Source: Auanema rhodensis
Lineage: Eukaryota > Animalia > Nematoda
Direction: 5' to 3'
DNA length: 64,000 nt
Assembly: GCA_964057225.1 (NCBI GenBank)
Contig: OZ059894.1
Coordinates: forward strand, 19,654,001 to 19,718,000
Positions 53,677-64,000 of this stretch are shown one piece after another. The notes beneath the pieces were generated by a model, which had not been told where the DNA came from, ran no database searches, and worked only from the letters and a program-made list of their open reading frames with translations. The translations under genes and the position numbers were made by a program. Positions within the stretch are counted from its first letter, which is position 1. Each line of letters starts with the position of its first letter.

Positions 53677-54454
53677 TACATTGAGAAACGCTTAATACAA
53701 AAATTAGTTATGATCGTTTGAAAAATGATGCATTAGTGTATGTTGAGTTTCCATGTACACTCAACATTGCTTCCAAAAACATTTTGACAAAAATTTTTTC
53801 GAAAAATTTCAGAATAATTTAGCAAAAAGTAGATGTTTTTAGATTCCTTTTTTCAAGGCAAAGACGATGGTCAATGTTATTCAACGAAAAAATCAATTCT
53901 TCAGGGTGAAAATCGAGGATATAAGTGTGAACTTATATCAGTTGATATCTCGGTGCATTTTTAAGCTAGCGCAAATCTGCTAACACAGATCGACGCAGCT
54001 TAAAAATCCGCATCGAATGCACTATACTACATTGAGAAACGCTTAATACAAAAATTAGTTATGATCGTTTGAAAAATGATGCATTAGTGTATGTTGAGTT
54101 TCCATGTACACTCAACATTGCTTCCAAAAACATTTTGACAAAAATTTTTTCGAAAAATTTCAAAATAATTTAGCAAAAAGTAGATGTTTTTAGATTCCTT
54201 TTTTCAAGGCAAAGACGATGGACAATGTTATTCAACGAAAAAATTAATTCTTCAGGGTGAAAATCGAGGATATAAGTGTGAACTTATATCAGTTGATATC
54301 TCGGTGCATTTTTAAGCTAGCGCAAATCTGCTAACACAGATCGACGCAGCTTAAAAATCCGCATCGAATGCACTATACTACATTGAGAAACGCTTAATAC
54401 AAAAATTAGTTATGATCGTTTGAAAAATGATGCATTAGTGTATGTTGAGTTTCC

Positions 54455-54682
54455 ATGTACACTCAACATTGCTTCCAAAAACATTTTGACAAAAATTTTT
54501 TCGAAAAATTTCAGAATAATTTAGCAAAAAGTAGATGTTTTCAGATTCCTTTTTTCAAGGCAAAAACGATGGTCAATGTTATTCAACGAAAAAATCAATT
54601 CTTCAGGGTGAAAATCGAGGATATAAGTGTGAACTTATATCAGTTGATATCTCGGTGCATTTTTAAACTAGCGCAAATCTGA
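54455..54682 (+). other. Fortuitous 75-codon ORF inside one satellite monomer; not considered a gene
   Basis: The same ATG (monomer position 77) is present in all copies but normally stops at TAG after 29 codons. Here a private TAG>CAG change (54542) plus the common TAA>CAA variant (54596) open the frame. The peptide is rich in F/K/N/I, as expected from A/T tracts. Confidence 0.9.
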
Positions 54683-57600
54683 TAACACAGATCGACGCAG
54701 CTTAAAAATCCGCATCGAATGCACTATACTACATTGAGAAACGCTTAATACAAAAATTAGTTATGATCGTTTGAAAAATGATGCGTTAGTGTATGTTGAG
54801 TTTCCATGTACACTCAACATTGCTTCCAAAAACATTTTGACAAAAATTTTTTCGAAAAATTTCAAAATAATTTAGCAAAAAGTAGATGTTTTTAGATTCC
54901 TTTTTTCAAGGCAAAGACGATGGACAATGTTATTCAACGAAAAAATTAATTCTTCAGGGTGAAAATCGAGGATACAAGTGTGAACTTATATCAGTTGATA
55001 TCTCGATGCATTTTTAAGCTAGCGCAAATTTGATAACACAGATCGACGCAGCTTAAAAATCCGCATCGAATGCACTATACTACATTGAGAAACGCTTAAT
55101 ACAAAAATTAGTTATGATCGTTTGAAAAATGATGCATTAGTGTATGTTGAGTTTCCATGTACACTCAACATTGCTTCCAAAAACATTTTGACAAAAATTT
55201 TTTCGAAAAATTTCAAAATAATTTAGCAAAAAGTAGATGTTTTTAGATTCCTTTTTTCAAGGCAAAGACGATGGACAATGTTATTCAACGAAAAAATTAA
55301 TTCTTCAGGGTGAAAATCGAGGATATAAGTGTGAACTTATATCAGTTGATATCTCGGTGCATTTTTAAGCTAGCGCAAATCTGATAACACAGATCGACGC
55401 AGCTTAAAAATCCGCATCGAATGCACTATACTACATTGAGAAACGCTTAATACAAAAATTAGTTATGATCGTTTGAAAAATGATGCGTTAGTGTATGTTG
55501 AGTTTCCATGTACACTCAACATTGCTTCCAAAAACATTTTGACAAAAATTTTTTCGAAAAATTTCAAAATAATTTAGCAAAAAGTAGATGTTTTTAGATT
55601 CCTTTTTTCAAGGCAAAGACGATGGACAATGTTATTCAACGAAAAAATTAATTCTTCAGGGTGAAAATCGAGGATATAAGTGTGAACTTATATCAGTTGA
55701 TATCTCGGTGCATTTTTAAGCTAGCGCAAATCTGATAACACAGATCGACGCAGCTTAAAAATCCGCATCGAATGCACTATACTACATTGAGAAACGCTTA
55801 ATACAAAAATTAGTTATGATCGTTTGAAAAATGATGCATTAGTGTATGTTGAGTTTCCATGTACACTCAACATTGCTTCCAAAAACATTTTGACAAAAAT
55901 TTTTTCGAAAAATTTCAAAATAATTTAGCAAAAAGTAGATGTTTTTAGATTCCTTTTTTCAAGGCAAAGACGATGGACAATGTTATTCAACGAAAAAATT
56001 AATTCTTCAGGGTGAAAATCGAGGATATAAGTGTGAACTTATATCAGTTGATATCTCGGTGCATTTTTAAGCTAGCGCAAATCTGATAACACAGATCGAC
56101 GCAGCTTAAAAATCCGCATCGAATGCACTATACTACATTGAGAAACGCTTAATACAAAAATTAGTTATGATCGTTTGAAAAATGATGCATTAGTGTATGT
56201 TGAGTTTCCATGTACACTCAACATTGCTTCCAAAAACATTTTGACAAAAATTTTTTCGAAAAATTTCAGAATAATTTAGCAAAAAGTAGATGTTTTTAGA
56301 TTCCTTTTTTCAAGGCAAAGACGATGGTCAATGTTATTCAACGAAAAAATCAATTCTTCAGGGTGAAAATCGAGGATATAAGTGTGAACTTATATCAGTT
56401 GATATCTCGGTGCATTTTTAAGCTAGCGCAAATCTGATAACACAGATCGACGCAGCTTAAAAATCCGCATCGAATGCACTATACTACATTGAGAAACGCT
56501 TAATACAAAAATTAGTTATGATCGTTTGAAAAATGATGCATTAGTGTATGTTGAGTTTCCATGTACACTCAACATTGCTTCCAAAAACATTTTGACAAAA
56601 ATTTTTTCGAAAAATTTCAAAATAATTTAGCAAAAAGTAGATGTTTTTAGATTCCTTTTTTCAAGGCAAAGACGATGGACAATGTTATTTAACGAAAAAA
56701 TTAATTCTTCAGGGTGAAAATCGAGGATATAAGTGTGAACTTATATCAGTTGATATCTCGGTGCATTTTTAAGCTAGCGCAAATCTGCTAACACAGATCG
56801 ACGCAGCTTAAAAATCCGCATCGAATGCACTATACTACATTGAGAAACGCTTAATACAAAAATTAGTTATGATCGTTTGAAAAATGATGCATTAGTGTAT
56901 GTTGAGTTTCCATGTACACTCAACATTGCTTCCAAAAACATTTTGACAAAAATTTTTTCGAAAAATTTCAGAATAATTTAGCAAAAAGTAGATGTTTTTA
57001 GATTCCTTTTTTCAAGGCAAAAACGATGGTCAATGTTATTCAACGAAAAAATCAATTCTTCAGGGTGAAAATCGAGGATATAAGTGTGAACTTATATCAG
57101 TTGATATCTCGGTGCATTTTTAAACTAGCGCAAATCTGATAACACAGATCGACGCAGCTTAAAAATCCGCATCGAATGCACTATACTACATTGAGAAACG
57201 CTTAATACAAAAATTAGTTATGATCGTTTGAAAAATGATGCATTAGTGTATGTTGAGTTTCCATGTACACTCAACATTGCTTCCAAAAACATTTTGACAA
57301 AAATTTTTTCGAAAAATTTCAAAATAATTTAGCAAAAAGTAGATGTTTTTAGATTCCTTTTTTCAAGGCAAAGACGATGGACAATGTTATTCAACGAAAA
57401 AATTAATTCTTCAGGGTGAAAATCGAGGATATAAGTGTGAACTTATATCAGTTGATATCTCGGTGCATTTTTAAGCTAGCGCAAATCTGATAACACAGAT
57501 CGACGCAGCTTAAAAATCCGCATCGAATGCACTATACTACATTGAGAAACGCTTAATACAAAAATTAGTTATGATCGTTTGAAAAATGATGCGTTAGTGT

Positions 57601-60600
57601 ATGTTGAGTTTCCATGTACACTCAACATTGCTTCCAAAAACATTTTGACAAAAATTTTTTCGAAAAATTTCAAAATAATTTAGCAAAAAGTAGATGTTTT
57701 TAGATTCCTTTTTTCAAGGCAAAGACGATGGACAATGTTATTCAACGAAAAAATTAATTCTTCAGGGTGAAAATCGAGGATATAAGTGTGAACTTATATC
57801 AGTTGATATCTCGGTGCATTTTTAAGCTAGCGCAAATCTGCTAACACAGATCGACGCAGCTTAAAAATCCGCATCGAATGCACTATACTACATTGAGAAA
57901 CGCTTAATACAAAAATTAGTTATGATCGTTCGAAAAATGATGCATTAGTGTATGTTGAGTTTCCATGTACACTCAACATTGCTTCCAAAAACATTTTGAC
58001 AAAAATTTTTTCGAAAAATTTCAAAATAATTTAGCAAAAAGTAGATGTTTTTAGATTCCATTTTTCAAGGCAAAGACGATGGACAATGTTATTCAACGAA
58101 AAAATTAATTCTTCAGGGTGAAAATCGAGGATATAAGTGTGAACTTATATCAGTTGATATCTCGGTGCATTTTTAAGCTAGCGCAAATCTGATAACACAG
58201 ATCGACGCAGCTTAAAAATCCGCATCGAATGCACTATACTACATTGAGAAACGCTTAATACAAAAATTAGTTATGATCGTTTGAAAAATGATGCATTAGT
58301 GTATGTTGAGTTTCCATGTACACTCAACATTGCTTCCAAAAACATTTTGACAAAAATTTTTTCGAAAAATTTCAAAATAATTTAGCAAAAAGTAAATGTT
58401 TTTAGATTCCATTTTTCAAGGCAAAGACGATGGACAATGTTATTCAACGAAAAAATTAAATCTTCAGGGTGAAAATCGAGGATATAAGTGTGAACTTATA
58501 TCAGTTGATATCTCGGTGCATTTTAAAACTAGCGCAAATCTGCTAACACAGATCGACGCAGCTTAAAAATCCGCATCGAATGCACTATACTACATTGAGA
58601 AACGCTTAATACAAAAATTAGTTATGATCGTTTGAAAAATGATGCATTAGTGTATGTTGAGTTTCCATGTACACTCAACATTGCTTCCAAAAACATTTTG
58701 ACAAAAATTTTTTCGAAAAATTTCAGAATAATTTAGCAAAAAGTAGATGTTTTTAGATTCCTTTTTTCAAGGCAAAGACGATGGTCAATGTTATTCAACG
58801 AAAAAATCAATTCTTCAGGGTGAAAATCGAGGATATAAGTGTAAACTTATATCAGTTGATATCTCGGTGCATTTTTAAGCTAGCGCAAATCTGATAACAC
58901 AGATCGACGCAGCTTAAAAATCCGCATCGAATGCACTATACTACATTGAGAAACGCTTAATACAAAAATTAGTTATGATCGTTTGAAAAATGATGCGTTA
59001 GTGTATGTTGAGTTTCCATGTACACTCAACATTGCTTCCAAAAACATTTTGACAAAAATTTTTTCGAAAAATTTCAAAATAATTTAGCAAAAAGTAGATG
59101 TTTTTAGATTCCATTTTTTAAGGCAAAGACGATGGACAATGTTATTCAACGAAAAAATTAATTCTTCAGGGTGAAAATCGAGGATATAAGTGTGAACTTA
59201 TATCAGTTGATATCTCGGTGCATTTTTAAGCTAGCGCAAATCTGATAACACAGAACGACGCAGCTTAAAAATCCGCATCGAATGCACTATACTACATTGA
59301 GAAACGCTTAATACAAAAATTAGTTATGATCGTTTGAAAAATGATGCATCAGTGTATGTTGAGTTTCCATGTACACTCAACATTGCTTCCAAAAACATTT
59401 TGACAAAAATTTTTTCGAGAAATTTCAAAATAATTTAGCAAAAAGTAGATGTTTTTAGATTCCTTTTTTCAAGGCAAAGACGATGGACAATGTTATTCAA
59501 CGAAAAAATCAATTCTTCAGGGTGAAAATCGAGGATATAAGTGTGAACTTATATCAGTTGATATCTCGGTGCATTTTTAAGCTAGCGCAAATCTGATAAC
59601 ACAGATCGACGCAGCTTAAAAATCCGCATCGAATGCACTATACTACATTGAGAAACGCTTAATACAAAAATTAGTTATGATCGTTTGAAAAATGATGCAT
59701 TAGTGTATGTTGAGTTTCCATGTACACTCAACATTGCTTCCAAAAACATTTTGACAAAAATTTTTTCGAAAAATTTCAAAATAATTTAGCAAAAAGTAGA
59801 TGTTTTTAGATTCTTTTTTTCAAGGCAAAGACGATGGACAATGTTATTCAACGAAAAAATTAATTCTTCAGGGTGAAAATCGAGGATATAAGTGTGAACT
59901 TATATCAGTTGATATCTCGGTGCATTTTTAAGCTAGCGCAAATCTGCTAACACAGATCGACGCAGCTTAAAAATCCGCATCGAATGCACTATACTACATT
60001 GAGCAACGCTTAATACAAAAATTAGTTATGATCGTTCGAAAAATGATGCATTAGTGTATGTTGAGTTTCCATGTACACTCAACATTGCTTCCAAAAACAT
60101 TTTGACAAAAATTTTTTCGAAAAATTTCAAAATAATTTAGCAAAAAGTAGATGTTTTTAGATTCCTTTTTTCAAGGCAAAACGATGGTCAATGTTATTCA
60201 ACGAAAAAATCAATTCTTCAGGGTGAAAATCGAGGATATAAGTGTGAACTTATATCAGTTGATATCTCGGTGCATTTTTAAGCTAGCGCAAATCTGATAA
60301 CACAGATCGACGCAGCTTAAAAATCCGCATCGAATGCACTATACTACATTGAGAAACGCTTAATACAAAAATTAGTTATGATTGTTTGAAAAATGATGCG
60401 TTAGTGTATGTTGAGTTTCCATGTACACTCAACATTGCTTCCAAAAACATTTTGACAAAAATTTTTTCGAAAAATTTCAGAATAATTTAGCAAAAAGTAG
60501 ATGTTTTTAGATTCCTTTTTTCAAGGCAAAGACGATGGTCAATGTTATTCAACGAAAAAATCAATTCTTCAGGGTGAAAATCGAGGATATAAGTGTGAAC

Positions 60601-62098
60601 TTATATCAGTTGATATCTCGGTGCATTTTTAAGCTAGCGCAAATCTGATAACACAGATCGACGCAGCTTAAAAATCCGCATCGAATGCACTATACTACAT
60701 TGAGAAACGCTTAATACAAAAATTAGTTATGATCGTTTGAAAAATGATGCGTTAGTGTATGTTGAGTTTCCATGTACACTCAACATTGCTTCCAAAAACA
60801 TTTTGACAAAAATTTTTTCGAAAAATTTCAAAATAATTTAGCAAAAAGTAGATGTTTTTAGATTCCATTTTTTAAGGCAAAGACGATGGACAATGTTATT
60901 CAACGAAAAAATTAATTCTTCAGGGTGAAAATCGAGGATATAAGTGTGAACTTATATCAGTTGATATCTCGGTGCATTTTTAAGCTAGCGCAAATCTGAT
61001 AACACAGATCGACGCAGCTTAAAAATCCGCATCGAATGCACTTTACTACATTGAGCAACGCTTAATACAAAAATTAGTTATGATAGTTTGAAAAATGATG
61101 CATTAGTGTATGTTGAGTTTCCATGTACACTCAACATTGCTTCCAAAAACATTTTGACAAAAATTTTTTCGAAAAATTTCAGAATAATTTAGCAAAAAGT
61201 AGATGTTTTTAGATTCCTTTTTTCAAGGCAAAGACGATGGTCAATGTTATTCAACGAAAAAATCAATTCTTCAGGGTGAAAATCGAGGATATAAGTGTGA
61301 ACTTATATCAGTTGATATCTCGGTGCATTTTTAAGCTAGCGCAAATCTGATAACACAGATCGACGCAGCTTAAAAATCCGCATCGAATGCACTATACTCA
61401 TTGAAAAACGCTTAATACAAAAATTAGTTATGATCGTTCGAAAAATGATGCATTAGTGTATGTTGAGTTTCCATGTACACTCAACATTGCTTCCAAAAAC
61501 ATTTTGACAAAAATTTTTTCGAAAAATTTCAAAATAAGTTAGCAAAAAGTAGATGTTTTTAGATTCCATTTTTTAAGGCAAAGACGATGGACAATGTTAT
61601 TCAACGAAAAAATTAATTCTTCAGGGTGAAAATCGAGGATATAAGTGTGAACTTATATCAGTTGATATCTCGGTGCATTTTTAAGCTAGCGCAAATCTGA
61701 TAACACAGATCGACGCAGCTTACAAATCCGCATCGAATGCACTATACTACATTGAGAAACGCTTAATACAAAAATTAGTTATGATCGTTTGAAAAATGAT
61801 GCATTAGTGTATGATGAGTTTCCATGTACACTCAACATTGCTTCCAAAAACATTTTGACAAAAATTTTTTCGAAAAATTTCAAAATAAATTAGCAAAAAG
61901 TAAATGTTTTTAGATTCCTTTTTTCAAGGCAAAGACGATGGACAATGTTATTCAACAAAAAAATTAATTCTTCAGGGTGAAAATCGAGGATATAAGTGTG
62001 AACTTATATCAGTTGATATCTCGGTGCATTTTTAAGCTAGCGCAAATCTGATAACACAGATCGACGCAGCTTACAAATCCGCATCGAATGCACTATAC

Positions 62099-63502
62099 TA
62101 CATTGAGAAACGCTTAATACAAAAATTAGTTATGATCGTTTGAAAAATGATGCATTAGTGTATGTTGAGTTTCCATGTACACTCAACATTGCTTCCAAAA
62201 ACATTTTGACAAAAATTTTTTCGAAAAATTTCAAAATAAATTAGCAAAAAGTAGATGTTTTTAGATTCCTTTTTTCAAGGCAAAGACGATGGACGATGTT
62301 ATTCAACGAAAAAATTAATTCTTCAGGGTGAAAATCGAGGATATAAGTGTGAATTTATATCAGTTGATATCTCGGTGCATTTTTAAGCTAGCGCAAATCT
62401 GATAACACAGATCGACGCAGCTTACAAATCCGCATCGAATGCACTATACTACATTGAGAAACGCTTAATACAGAAATTAGTTATGATCGTTTGAAAAATG
62501 ATCCATTAGTGTATGTTGAGTTTCCATGTACACTCAACATTGCTTCCAAAAACATTTTGACAAAAATTTTTTCGAAAAATTTCAAAATAAATTAGCAAAA
62601 AGTAGATGTTTTTAGATTCCTTTTTTCAAGGCAAAGACGATGGACAATGTTATTCAACGAAAAAATTAATTCTCCAGGGTGAAAATCGAGGATATAAGTG
62701 TGAACTTATATCAGTTGATATCTCGGTGCATTTTTAAGCTAGCGCAAATCTGATAACACAGATCGACGCAGCTTAAAAATCCGCATCGAATGCACTATAC
62801 TACATTGAGAAACGCTTAATACAAAAATTAGTTATGATCGTTTGAAAAATGATGCATTAGTGTATGTTGAGTTTCCATGTACACTCAACATTGCTTCCAA
62901 AAACATTTTGACAAAAATTTTTTCGAAAAATTTCAAAATAAATTAGCAAAAAGTAGATGTTTTTAGATTCCTTTTTTCAAGGCAAAGACGATGGACGATG
63001 TTATTCAACGAAAAAATTAATTCTTCAGGGTGAAAATCGAGGATATAAGTGTGAATTTATATCAGTTGATATCTCGGTGCATTTTTAAGCTAGCGCAAAT
63101 CTGATAACACAGATCGACGCAGCTTACAAATCCGCATCGAATGCACTATACTACATTGAGAAACGCTTAATACAGAAATTAGTTATGATCGTTTGAAAAA
63201 TGATCCATTAGTGTATGTTGAGTTTCCATGTACACTCAACATTGCTTCCAAAAACATTTTGACAAAAATTTTTTCGAAAAATTTCAAAATAAATTAGCAA
63301 AAAGTAGATGTTTTTAGATTCCTTTTTTCAAGGCAAAGACGATGGACAATGTTATTCAACGAAAAAATTAATTCTCCAGGGTGAAAATCGAGGATATAAG
63401 TGTGAACTTATATCAGTTGATATCTCGGTGCATTTTTAAGCTAGCGCAAATCTGATAACACAGATCGACGCAGCTTAAAAATCCGCATCGAATGCACTAT
63501 AC
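62099..63502. repeat. 2-monomer higher-order repeat, 702 bp x2
   Basis: Private SNP pairs 62295/62997, 62354/63056, 62473/63175, 62503/63205 and 62674/63376 are all offset by 702. Confidence 0.93.
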
Positions 63503-64000
63503 TCATTGAAAAACGCTTAATACAAAAATTAGTTATGATCGTTCGAAAAATGATGCATTAGTGTATGTTGAGTTTCCATGTACACTCAACATTGCTTCCA
63601 AAAACATTTTGACAAAAATTTTTTCGAAAAATTTCGAAATAAGTTAGCAAAAAGTAGATGTTTTTAGATTCCATTTTTTAAGGCAAAGACGATGGACAAT
63701 GTTATTCAACGAAAAAATTAATTCTTCAGGGTGAAAATCGAGGATATAAGTGTGAACTTATATCAGTTGATATCTCGGTGCATTTTTAAGCTAGCGCAAA
63801 TCTGATAACACAGAACGACGCAGCTTAAAAATCCGCATCGAATGCACTATACTACATTGAGAAACGCTTAATACAAAAATTAGTTATGATCGTTTGAAAA
63901 ATGATGCATTAGTGTATGTTGAGTTTCCATGTACACTCAACATTGCTTCCAAAAACATTTTGACAAAAATTTTTTCGAAAAATTTCAGAATAATTTAGCA

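Larger units (their letters stand above)
1..64000. repeat. Tandem satellite DNA array, 351-bp monomer, 182 complete copies plus one partial copy; runs off both window ends
   Basis: TACATTGA(G/A)AAACGCT recurs at 1, 352, 703, ... 7021 (=1+20x351) and 14041 (=1+40x351). The last monomer starts at 63853 after 30 bp of cumulative deletions. All copies are in the same orientation and no foreign sequence was seen. Confidence 0.99.

Noticed and set aside
54455-54682. Protein-coding gene
   Set aside because: The frame is interrupted in all other monomers, the composition is explained by A/T tracts, and I recognise no domain.
1-64000. CRISPR array or other repeat-spacer system
   Set aside because: There are no unique spacers: the sequence between the palindromes is itself repeated nearly identically, and no cas genes are present.
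1-64000. SNP pattern as an encoded or programmed diversity system
   Set aside because: The variant distribution is explained by duplication, unequal exchange and drift; there is no template/variable pair, enzyme gene or targeted hypervariable site.

Overview
The whole window is one uninterrupted, head-to-tail tandem satellite array. The monomer is 351 bp and about 68% A+T (112 G+C counted in monomer 1-351). There are 182 complete copies plus a 148-bp partial copy at 63853-64000; the count is exact (1+182x351-30=63853, the 30 bp being small deletions I could locate). Copies differ by only a few SNPs. I found no genes, RNA genes, CRISPR spacers, transposon insertions or strand inversions, and the single 75-aa ORF is a by-product of two stop-removing SNPs in one monomer. 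This looks like eukaryotic (peri)centromeric or heterochromatic satellite. CpG is not depleted, which fits a poorly methylating lineage such as many insects or nematodes (inference); I do not recognise the family. The interesting structure lies at two scales. (1) The monomer is dense in inverted repeats: two perfect 9-bp stems whose centres are 175/176 bp apart, a 67-nt pre-miRNA-sized hairpin, and a TTTTTCGAAAAA palindrome. Many of the segregating SNPs in these stems swap Watson-Crick and G.U pairs on the + strand. (2) Diagnostic SNPs split the array into domains with nascent higher-order repeats (2-, 3-, 4-, 7-, 11- and 18-20-mers), chimeric monomers marking crossovers, and variants shared by both window edges but missing from the centre. 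No protein-coding system is supported. Monomer positions below use the frame 1-351.
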